Made by a program: the position numbers and the translations under genes
The notes under the pieces: generated by a model
Database searches by the model: none
What the model was told of the DNA's origin: nothing
Seen by the model: the letters and a program-made list of their open reading frames with translations, nothing else
Part shown: positions 39,831-49,677 of the stretch, piece after piece
Numbering within the stretch: position 1 is the first letter of the stretch
Layout of the letters: every line of letters begins with the position of its first letter
Source of the DNA: Vezdaea acicularis
Taxonomy: Eukaryota
Direction of reading: 5' to 3'
DNA length: 64,000 bases
Assembly: GCA_026025075.1 (NCBI GenBank)
Contig: JAPEUI010000044.1
Coordinates: forward strand, 1-64,000

Positions 39831-42800
39831 ATGTCTGAAGAAATCGAACGGATTCGCTCGGAATCTAGCCCGTCTACTCTCGCCATGCCACAGACTCCAG
39901 TGGTTCCTTTGGACCGCGCCCTCCCTCCCATTCCTCTTGTAAAAACGATAACCAAGAAGGCCCGCTCTTTTTCGGATCCCGAGAACCCTCTTTTTCTAAC
40001 GACTGTTCTTGCCAATAACATTCATTGCGCCTCTTGCATATCCCTAATCTCGGAAACTCTCAACGCCCTCGAGCCTCGTCCCCTTGAAGTTGATGCGAGC
40101 ATCCTTACCCATGCAATCAGAATTCGACATAAGCCGGCACTGGCCGTCCGGACCATCGCTAGTCATTTGCGTGAAGCTGGTTTCGAGCTTCACAGTACAA
40201 CCACTGACGATGTGAACGGGCAACGAGTGGGAGAACTGGACTTCTCAACGAGTGCTCAGGATGGCTGGCTGGACCATGCAGCAGGTCGCTGGTCTAGAGC
40301 TTCCCTGGGCTTTCCTATCCGAATGCGACATGGCTCCTTCCAGATGAACCTGGGTTCTTTTGATCCCACGGAACGTGACAAGCGCAGAAAACACATTGAG
40401 AACTGCGAAGCGTGCCAGGCCGATGAGCGTGAGATTCAGGAGAAGAAAGTACGGCCGTCACCTTCCCGATATGATAGTCAAAGGAAGCACAGCCAACGGG
40501 GCCGACAGGCCGGAGCTACGCCAAGTCGGGATGGTAGTACTCGAGAATTGCTCAATGACAATTTGTCAGATTCATTTGATCAGCTTTCTAAACTAGAAAG
40601 CCAAAAGGACCTGCCTGAAGAGTCCATACCACTGGAGCGCATTCGGGAGGGTTCTGACCAAGGTCATTCCCTTGAGGTGAAGCTGAAGGAGGCAGCTAAG
40701 GTTGTAAACACGCACCCTCAAACCACATTCCCGGATACAGAGGCGCAGTATGAAGCAATACTGAGTATTGAGGGCATGACCTGCGCCTCATGCGTTGTTG
40801 CTATCACAGCTACAGTGAAACAGCTTTCCTTCGTCACGTCCATTGATGTGAACCTCTTGGCGCACAGTGCGTCTTGCGCTTTTACTGGTACCGAGAGCCA
40901 TCTCCACGAGATTGTGGAGACGATCGAGGACACAGGGTTCGGTTGCTCGGTGCAGGATTCCTGGCGCACGGACACGAACGCAAAAATAAACAACGCAGCT
41001 ATCCGACAGGACGTAGGTACCAATGTCGCACCGACTTTCAAGGCTCTCTTCAGCATAGATGGCATGACATGTGCCTCTTGTACAAATGCCGTGACGAGTG
41101 GTCTTGAAAAGACGAAATGGATCAAGTCAATCAATGTCACCCTCCTCACAAACAGTGCCACGGTTGTATTTCAGGGGACGAAAGAAAGAGCCAGCGAGAT
41201 TCTCGAGATGATCGAAGATATGGGGTTCGGCGGCTCTCTGCAGGACATCTCGCAGATCGAAATTCCGGAAAACCCTTTTACAGGAAGGAAGCTGACCAGC
41301 AGAAGCTCCTCGTTCAAGGCGACATTATCCCTTGGAGGTATGACCTGCGCATCGTGCACGGGGGCTATAACCACTGGACTGCAAGACTTGCCCTTTGTTG
41401 AGAAAGTCGAAATCAATCTATTGGCTAACAGCGGTACTGTTGTATTTGACGGAAAGGAAAACATAGATGCAATCGTTGAAAAGATTGAGGCCCTTGGATA
41501 TGAGTGTACTCTGGAAAGCTTGATATCCGAAGGGGCCCAGCGTGGCAGCATCGAGCCCGTGAACAAGGAGAAAAAGGTGATAATTCGGATCGATGGCATG
41601 TTCTGCGAGCATTGCCCTCCGCGAGTTCTTGCAGCGCTAAGAGACAACTGCGGCGATCTTGTCAAGATAATCGAGCCTCTCACCTTGAAAAAACCAATCG
41701 TTACGCTCACTTATATCCCTCACCCGCCGGATTTCACAGTCAGGAATATTGTAGCAGCGATCTCAGAGGCCAACGATGCTTTCCAGGTATCGATATACCA
41801 CCCTCCAACAATCGAGGATCGATCTCGTGCAATGCAGTTGCATGAACGAAGAAGAATCGGTCTGCGGCTCCTACTCTGTGCCATTATCGCCATTCCAACG
41901 CTCCTAATTGGAGTTGTCTTCATGAGTCTTGTTCCAGCAACTAACAGAATTCGCGTATTCTTTGAACGTCCCATATGGAGCGGTACTGTCACTCGCTCAG
42001 ATTGGGCCCTTCTTATCCTAGCAACACCTGTATACTTCTTTGCCGCAGACGTGTTCCACACACGAGCATTCAAGGAGATAAGAGCGATGTGGCGAAAGGG
42101 AAGCCGGGTCCCCCTTATGCGGAGATTCTATAGATTTGGAAGTATGAACCTACTACTCTCCGCTGGGACTTCGATTGCTTATATAGCTTCTGTTGCTATC
42201 ATCATAATGGGATCGCTCCAGACGCCAAGGCCGGAGATGTCTGGTTCATCTATGACAACCTATTTTGATTCTGTCGTTTTCTTAACCATGTTCATTATGA
42301 TTGGTCGGTACCTAGAAGCATATAGCAAAGGGAAAGCTGGTGACGCTGTCACGACGCTTGGAAAGCTTAGGCCAACTGAAGCTCTTCTTCTCACCACCAC
42401 AAAGGAGAGCGGTGGATCCTCTTTAGATAACTCAACCTTGGATCAAGTCAGATCGAACTCAACAAAGACTGTCCATGTTGACCTTCTAGAGATGGGAGAC
42501 GTCATTCGGGTTCCTCACGGCGCGTCGCCTCCCTTTGATGGTACAGTTCTGGAAGGCAACTCATCCTTTGATGAGAGCTCATTGACCGGCGAGTCACGTC
42601 CAGTCGCCAAAGCACCAGACGATGCCGTTTTCGCCGGTACGCTCAATCAAGGCCAATCGATCACTATGGTGATTACCGGCGGATCCGGCTCGTCTCTCCT
42701 TGACCAGATCGTCAAGGTCGTGCGTGAAGGGCAGACGAAGCGTGCTCCTATCGAGCGCGTAGCTGATGTAATCACCGGCTACTTCGTCCCTGTCATCACT

Positions 42801-44183
42801 CTCATCGCAATTGTCACCTTCGCCATCTGGATTGCGCTTGGCACCTCTGGCCGCTTGCCGCAACGTTGGCTGCAGTCTGATAGCACCGGAGGCTGGCCAT
42901 TCTGGTCGCTACAGTTCGCGATTGCGGTGTTCGTTGTGGCTTGCCCATGCGGCATTGGTCTCGCTGCCCCAACGGCGCTCTTCGTTGGGTCGGGCCTTGC
43001 TGCTAAACATGGTGTGTTGGTCAAAGGTGGCGGCGAGGCATTCCAAGAGGCCTCTACACTTGACGTTGTTGTCTTTGACAAGACTGGCACGTTGACTGGA
43101 GGCAACCCTCGCGTGGCGCATCACGAACTTTTTGCTGCGTCGGGTATCGCGGATGAAATTATTTGGGCGGCAACGCTCTCGCTCGAAGAAACGTCATCGC
43201 ACCCTATAGCTACTGCGATATCAACCCTCGCATCGCAAAAGAAGCGGACACCCACTGCGGACAGCGAGATAGATGAACTCCCGGGACTTGGTCTTCGTGG
43301 TCGCATAACCTTCCCTGCGTCCGCAGGATCGCCTCACAGAGCCTATGAAGCTGCCATTGGTTCCTCTTCGCTTCTTCGAGAGCTTGGCATCTCTCTGGAC
43401 GACTACTATGTACGAAATTCGCTGTCCGAACAGCGTTCTCAGGGACATTCCATAGCACTCCTCGCCCTTCGGCCGGCTCACAGCGACAAGACTGCCACTG
43501 CTAAAGAACCATGGAAATTAGCCGCCCTCTTCGCAACCCATACTCCCCTTCGCCCTTCCGCGCTCCCCACAATCTCGGCCCTCCGCTCCTCCGGCATCGC
43601 CGTCTATCTCCTCACAGGCGACAACGCCCAAACCGCCTCTGCCGTCGGCGCCTCCCTCAACCTCCCCGCCTCAAACATCATAGCAGACGTCCTCCCAACG
43701 GGAAAAGCCGCCAAAATCACCGACCTCCAATCCACCGCGCCAAAGCGCCACAACCGTCCCGCGAAGAAAGGCGAGCGCGCCATCATCGCCATGGTCGGCG
43801 ACGGCATCAACGACGCCCCCGCCCTCTCCGCGGCCGACGTGTCCATCTCCCTGTCCGGCGCCTCGGGCGTCGCGATCAGCTCCTCGAAATTCATCCTCGC
43901 GGCCGCGAATCCCAGCTTGGCGACCATCCTCACCCTCATCACGCTGAGCGAGAAGGTCATGCTCCGCGTCAAGACGAATTTCGCATGGGCACTGGTGTAT
44001 AACGTTTGTCTTGTGCCGCTTGCGGCGGGCATTCTTATGGGAGTTGGAAGTCAGGGGGTTAGGCTTGGGCCGGTCTGGGCGAGTGCGGCTATGGCGGCTA
44101 GTAGTGTGAGTGTCGTGTTGAGTAGTTTGGCGCTTAGGAGCAGATTGCCCTGGCTGGGCTTTAAGGCGGCGAAGGTGGATTAG
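39831..44183 (+). CDS. Copper-transporting P1B-1 ATPase, CrpA/Crp1-like, intronless
   Basis: HCASC, CEAC, three GMTCASC and GMFCEHC metal motifs; TGES, CPC, DKTGT, HP, GDGINDAP, YN and MAASS (Cu+ signature). The first ATG is at 39831; the track's 39618 start is a TTG. Confidence 0.92.
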   Translation: MSEEIERIRSESSPSTLAMPQTPVVPLDRALPPIPLVKTITKKARSFSDPENPLFLTTVLANNIHCASCISLISETLNALEPRPLEVDASILTHAIRIRHKPALAVRTIASHLREAGFELHSTTTDDVNGQRVGELDFSTSAQDGWLDHAAGRWSRASLGFPIRMRHGSFQMNLGSFDPTERDKRRKHIENCEACQADEREIQEKKVRPSPSRYDSQRKHSQRGRQAGATPSRDGSTRELLNDNLSDSFDQLSKLESQKDLPEESIPLERIREGSDQGHSLEVKLKEAAKVVNTHPQTTFPDTEAQYEAILSIEGMTCASCVVAITATVKQLSFVTSIDVNLLAHSASCAFTGTESHLHEIVETIEDTGFGCSVQDSWRTDTNAKINNAAIRQDVGTNVAPTFKALFSIDGMTCASCTNAVTSGLEKTKWIKSINVTLLTNSATVVFQGTKERASEILEMIEDMGFGGSLQDISQIEIPENPFTGRKLTSRSSSFKATLSLGGMTCASCTGAITTGLQDLPFVEKVEINLLANSGTVVFDGKENIDAIVEKIEALGYECTLESLISEGAQRGSIEPVNKEKKVIIRIDGMFCEHCPPRVLAALRDNCGDLVKIIEPLTLKKPIVTLTYIPHPPDFTVRNIVAAISEANDAFQVSIYHPPTIEDRSRAMQLHERRRIGLRLLLCAIIAIPTLLIGVVFMSLVPATNRIRVFFERPIWSGTVTRSDWALLILATPVYFFAADVFHTRAFKEIRAMWRKGSRVPLMRRFYRFGSMNLLLSAGTSIAYIASVAIIIMGSLQTPRPEMSGSSMTTYFDSVVFLTMFIMIGRYLEAYSKGKAGDAVTTLGKLRPTEALLLTTTKESGGSSLDNSTLDQVRSNSTKTVHVDLLEMGDVIRVPHGASPPFDGTVLEGNSSFDESSLTGESRPVAKAPDDAVFAGTLNQGQSITMVITGGSGSSLLDQIVKVVREGQTKRAPIERVADVITGYFVPVITLIAIVTFAIWIALGTSGRLPQRWLQSDSTGGWPFWSLQFAIAVFVVACPCGIGLAAPTALFVGSGLAAKHGVLVKGGGEAFQEASTLDVVVFDKTGTLTGGNPRVAHHELFAASGIADEIIWAATLSLEETSSHPIATAISTLASQKKRTPTADSEIDELPGLGLRGRITFPASAGSPHRAYEAAIGSSSLLRELGISLDDYYVRNSLSEQRSQGHSIALLALRPAHSDKTATAKEPWKLAALFATHTPLRPSALPTISALRSSGIAVYLLTGDNAQTASAVGASLNLPASNIIADVLPTGKAAKITDLQSTAPKRHNRPAKKGERAIIAMVGDGINDAPALSAADVSISLSGASGVAISSSKFILAAANPSLATILTLITLSEKVMLRVKTNFAWALVYNVCLVPLAAGILMGVGSQGVRLGPVWASAAMAASSVSVVLSSLALRSRLPWLGFKAAKVD

Positions 44184-44437
44184 GAGAGTTAACTCTCGAT
44201 TACAACGCATTCTGGCATGCATAGCTTTCCTTATTCAAATTCCCTATACATATACCCTGGTAGCTTCTTTATCTCTTGTAACCTTAGCGGCATAGAGCTA
44301 AAAGCAAAATCGATGTACTATAAATCCAAGTTTCGAGGTTTTCGAACCCGTTCACCATGCAACCAACATGACTCCAATCCCAAAACAAACGCCTGGTATC
44401 CATATCCAATCGAACAAGGCTCTATCGGCCCCCCCCT

Positions 44438-46725
44438 CTATCTATCCAACCTTCCCCCCCACACATCCGCAAGCCTCCCACTCAACGCCTTCCCGACCTT
44501 CGCCCCACCCACCCTCGCCGCCAGCCTCCCACTCACCAACCCCCCCACCTCCCCTCCCTCCTGTCGACACGTCTCATACGCCTCGACAAAGCTCCTCGGC
44601 GTAGGCCAGATGCGCTGAATCGCGAGAGCTTTCTCGCCCGTGACACCTCGCGTGCACATGAGCATTTTGAGAAAGACGTCGCGCAGGGTCAGCATGTCTG
44701 ATTTGGAGGCCAGCGCGGAGAAAGTCGCGTAGGTGAGGTGATGGGGGGATGATGGGCTGGTTTCGCGGAGGGAGGTCAGGAGGGAAAGGTGGTTCTGTGG
44801 CGTTAGGAAGGCGCTGGGGATGAGGGCGAGGGAGCGTCCGGCGTAGAGCTTCTCGAGCATGCGTGTCAGGCGGGCGAGATACTTTATACTCTCATCCAGA
44901 GTCGCGGTTCTCTTAACGAAATAGCCGTTGACGAGCTGCATAGCAGCGAGCGCGGTATCCAGGGCTTCCGCAAAGCGAGCCGCGGTTTCAGGGGGAAGAT
45001 TATAGTCTTCGACGATGTAGACGACGTTCCCAACGCCACTTTTGCCGAGGCGGAACTTCTGTTCGTGGAAACGACCGTCTTTGAGGGAGGAGACGAGGTC
45101 GTCGAGGCGTTTGCGCTCGATGATGTAGTCGAGCATTATTTCGTCTGAGCCGGGGCCTTCTTCGCCGTGGGGGGCGAGCTGGGTCGGGGAGTGTAGTTGG
45201 GCGATCCAGAGGGCGTCGCCGAGTTCGAGGGAGCGGACGAGAGGGGGGACGCCGAGCGTGGAGAGGGCCGATTGAATGTAGTCCCTGTCGGTCTTGGAGC
45301 GGACTTCACGCGTGTCGAGGACAAGGCGGATAGTGTAAGATGATGGGGGGATGAGGATGGGTGTGAAGTCTGTTGGTAGGGCGGGGTTCGCAGGGTCTGT
45401 TGTGGGAACGCTTCTTCTGTCTGGTTGGGATGAGATGGTCGGTCTTGTAGAGGGGGGTTGTTGAGATGACTTAGGTACCGGTGGCTTCGGTCTTTGTACA
45501 GTATCTAGTGACGGTGCGGGACTCGAAGGTTCGCTTGATAGAAGGTCAACTACAGCGGGGCTGGAGGGATGTGCAAGGCCTTCAACTTCCCGTGCTGCTC
45601 GTGCCGCTCGAGCCTGTCGGACGCCGAATCTATCTCTAGGAATAGAGCCTGTCTGCTGGTTCTTTGAGCCGGGAGCACCTGGTAGTTGATCGAGAGTAGC
45701 CTTCACTCTGACATCTACACGGCTAGTAATACTTCTGTCTGGAATAGCCGAGAAAGGAGAAAGGGGCGCTGCTGCAATTGATCTAGTTGTTGTTATTTTA
45801 CTGCTCTTCGAGCTCTTGCTTTGCTCCTTAGATACGGCGGTGACCAGCTCTTGAGACCCTAGATCCTGGTCCGCTATACCAATAGAGATGTTGGCCGCTT
45901 TCTCTTTTCTCGTAGCCCTCGAATCGCTAGAGATATCATAGTTTTCAACAAGGGGTCCAGGAGCGTCTATCTCGCTATCGGCTACACGCTTCATCCTCTT
46001 AGCCACCTCCCACCCTTCTTCCGTCAAGGCATATTTCTTGAGAGGTCGGCCTCGTTCGTAGACCAAATCCTTACTGATCAACGTCTTCATTGAATCCCAA
46101 GCGGTATGGAACTTCGTCGGATCACTTGGCGCAGTAAAGGAGGAATCACAGTGTTCTTGTGACGCAGCGATGAGCTGAACTTTGGTCAGGCCAGCGGAAG
46201 AGTTCTCTGCAATAGACGAGAGGCCCAGAATCAGGGCATATGGTCCCGATCGCAAGGCTGGGACGTATGGCCTGGGTTTTCGAGTCTTTCTCAGCGGAAG
46301 TGCGGAGCCGTCGAGATTCGTGTCGCTAGGCCGCTTCTTCCCTAAACAGCCATCAGCATGCAGTCTTTAGTTTCTATGTTCCCCTCGGGAAAGCTCTCAT
46401 ACCCTTGTGGGGCATCTCAGGGACTGGCAGGCCATTCGCGAGACAGTGTGCCTTCAATTTCTCCGTCAAGCGATCGCAGAGCTTCGGGCCCAGGCCATGG
46501 AGCTGCTGCGCCTCCGAAGGATGAGAGAACGCCAGTGGACATGCTGACATGGAATCGTAGGCTTTCTTGTATCTGTCTCGGACGTGCGTTAGTTATCAGC
46601 CGTGCTCAGATCGACCCGCATGAAGCTACTGACGTATTTACGACTTTCGAGTTTTGTTGCCGTGCCGATTCCAGCCATTCTCCAATCCACTGCAACAGAA
46701 GGGGATTTGCGCATTCTGTGGGCAT
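44438..46725 (-). CDS. MUS81: Crossover junction endonuclease Mus81, 3 exons
   Basis: MPTECANPLLLQWIGEW, HhH LHGLGPKLC, winged-helix PTLRSGPYAL, ERCC4 domain VLDTRE...GD...ERKRLDD...DGRFHEQKFRL. Confidence 0.93.
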
Positions 46726-47816
46726 GCTGAGAGGTGTGGTAGAATTGTTCACCCATACGCATATATCAATCCAAGCCTTTTGTTTATAGTTACGAAGCCG
46801 TCGCCTACATTATCTTAGGCTTTCGCAAACTTGAAGCTTGTGACTTATAAATCACAATGTTTAATAGACGTGCATGATTCATTTTTCTCATAGATTCGGG
46901 AAAAGAATTCGCTGAGCTACAGTTTTCCCGCAACTTCCGTTAAATCTAGCAGCACCAAGCGTCCATCTATCATCTATTATCCTAATTTCTGGATGCGGCG
47001 CCATCCCGCCGCCACCGTACACTACAAGTACACACAGCGCACAGGAGCTAAGGAAATAGCGCCACGCCGCTTTATATACTGTCCCCATATGTCAAAGACT
47101 TAACTGGCAGAAGTAACAACTAGCACTCTTCACGGTTGAATCAGTTAGACTACGATAGGCCTGATCAAATGAAGCTTTTCATACTGCTAGCAGGATCTCA
47201 AGGGCAAAAACGCTTTATGCGGCACAATGAAGCTTGCTAAGAGGTACTCATGCATCGGACAAATAATACGGCACCGCAAAATCGAGAGGAAAAGAATTTG
47301 GTGATAATGATCTGTCACGAACATACCCACCCGGTGATCTCTGCCTGCGCGGCTCCTGCGCTAAGCTTGAGTCACGTGCCACACCGTAGACAAGAATGCG
47401 GGGAAGCGCTGAGGCATAGCTTCCCTAGTATTCAATCCACATAGAGATATTCATTGATTGCTACTATATGCGCTACTTCTTGATACTTCTGGTGACTCTA
47501 CTGAGTCACGCTTGCTCTACGCCGGATACGGCTTAGTCTGCTCCCTGCTCGTACGCCTATGCCTCACATAATCTAGCTAATAACTACATAGCTGTCCATT
47601 GCTTTCTATAACATCACGAAGCCTAATAAGCATAGTATTTATCTGATGGTTGTTGGAAATCTGGAGCGACACATCTGGGTGCCATGGCTATTGGACGTGG
47701 TGGTGATAGTGCGGTTCAGGGATTGTTTCGTGATCAAGAGCTATAGAACCTTCCCGGCACAAGTTTACGCTAGTCCTTTTCATCCTAGCTTGCCACTAGC
47801 CTGCACCCTAACCATT

Positions 47817-47878
47817 CGTCAACGCTGGGGGCAGCGTCGTCAACGCTGGGGGCAGCGTCGTCAACGCTGGGGGCAGCG
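47817..47878. repeat. Tandem repeat of 3 x 21 bp (CGTCAACGCTGGGGGCAGCGT), each unit self-complementary
   Basis: Units start at 47817, 47838 and 47859. Each has an ACGCTG/CAGCGT stem around a GGGG loop. Confidence 0.95.
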
Positions 47879-48270
47879 GCGAGCAGCCCCAAAACACATA
47901 GTAAATGGGTCTGTCGGACCAACGTGCATGGGATTGCGGCCCCGCTAATACGCGCCTCTTGGATAGCCATTGCGCCAAATGCCACGGGTGAGTCGCGCTA
48001 GTTGCCACTGTCCGAGCTTCCTGCCTGGCGCTCACAACTCGTAACAGCCTCTCAAGATCGGAGGTTGAATCTCGGCCGATCCGTGAAATGCCTTGCAAAC
48101 GATGCACCAATTGCTTGTATGCATCAGACGTTATGCGTACTGACTGCTATAAGGCCAGTGGGCCCCCTCGCACTTTTCCCATCCGATTCTCTGTACTTCC
48201 GCACACTATTCCATTACCTACAGCCTCAACCGCCCTTTATGCTCCAGCATAGTCATCTCATATATCCAAG

Positions 48271-48902
48271 ATGTATCTCTACATAAACTGCTCTTCACCT
48301 CCAGCCTTTCCATCCACGCCCCAAGGCGTCGACCAACAACAAGCTTTCTCCCGCGAGGGCACCGCCAATCTCGTCATCAGTCTAGTTACCGTTATCCTCG
48401 GCGCCGTCGTCGCCTGGCAAGGTCGCCGCCTCAGGGCCGTCTTGCTAGAAGCCGTGGGGCTGCAGCATAGAGCCCGCAGAGAGGGGTCTATTGGTCAGAT
48501 CGTCTTGCCCTTCGAGAATCCTTGGGTGCTAACATTTCTCTGATGCTAGAGGATGGGGAGCTAGCGCCTGACGCTTTAGAAGGTCCTGCTGAGTGTCAAA
48601 GGGCTGCCAATACTGAGTCGCCGCCGTCGCTATCGCGCTCGTCAATTGAACGTGGCTTTGGTTCGGAAGGTGGTGGATCGGCTAGGGTACATCATGCCCG
48701 TGCTCCATATGTCCCGGTCGACGGAGTCGACCGAGTCGAAAAGCTCGGACAACTTGAGCAAGAAGTCCACATCGACAAAGTCGATCAAGTCGAGAAGGTC
48801 GAACAAGTCGAGCAAGAAGTCCACATCGACAGAGTCGATCAAGCCGAAAAGGTCCGACAGGTCGAGCGAGACGTCCAAATCGACTCGGTTGACCAGCCCT
48901 AG
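48271..48902 (+). CDS. Orphan ~190-aa single-pass membrane protein with a C-terminal Val-x-x/18-aa repeat, 2 exons
   Basis: ORF 48271 has a TM helix (LVISLVTVILGAVVAW). Intron GTCAGA...GCTAAC...TAG (48494-48549) splices it in frame to the 48522-48902 ORF. Confidence 0.6.
48717..48897 (+). repeat. Degenerate 54-bp tandem repeat (~3.3 copies) built from 9-bp GTCGAN-NNN units
   Basis: gagcaagaagtccacatcgac starts at 48756 and 48810, with a diverged third copy at 48864. Confidence 0.9.
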
Positions 48903-49677
48903 TACCAACACCTATACATCCGAATGCTTATTCGTTGCTGCGTTAGAGCCATCTGATATTGCACAAAGCGTTCTGTAACGAGAAGAATTGAAGATAAGGC
49001 ATATTCCTTTCAGGATAGGGTGTTTGTATGGCTATTAGAAAACGGGTCATGGTAAAACAATATGTTTGGATAGGATAATGAAACATAAAGATGGTACATC
49101 GACTTGGAGAACTAGTTGATGTACTGATTTGCGAAGATCGACTGTTTCCACAATTTGAAATGCTCCTGCCCATGATGACTTTGAAAAACTCCTCGCTGTC
49201 GGCTTTCGCTGTGGATACGGTCAGGGGTCGAAACCCCTCCAGATTTCTCCTGATCCTTATTTCTTCTCCTCGACCGTGAAACGAACGGCGAGGAGGACTC
49301 GCTTGGCGAAAAAATGCTTGAATGTATGAAGTGATACCCGAAACCGCCACTCTGTGATATCGTTACAGTAACCCTGTAAAATAAAGAGAAATGAAGAGAA
49401 AAGCGCAATAGAAAAGTGTATGGACAATTATGAACACGCCTACCCACGAAGCCATCTCGCGACAAATTTGAATAAATTAAGTGATCCAATGTGAATTGAA
49501 AACTGTGGTGCTAGCCCTACCGCACACTAGTGAAATGTCGACCATTTATTTCCTATCGTGCGCCTATTGTTTTAGGCACCTTAGATAGCCATTCCGAGAT
49601 GGTAGGACGTCAAAATCGATGATTTGCGACATCCTATAACCATGAATGAAATAGAACTGGTCCCAATCTCTTTTCCC

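Noticed and set aside
47817..47878. CRISPR-like palindromic repeat array
   Set aside because: The repeats are directly adjacent with no unique spacers, there are no cas genes, and the context is eukaryotic.
46800..49600. Transposon remnant in the accessory interval
   Set aside because: No transposase or RT motifs, terminal inverted repeats, LTRs or target-site duplications are recognisable.
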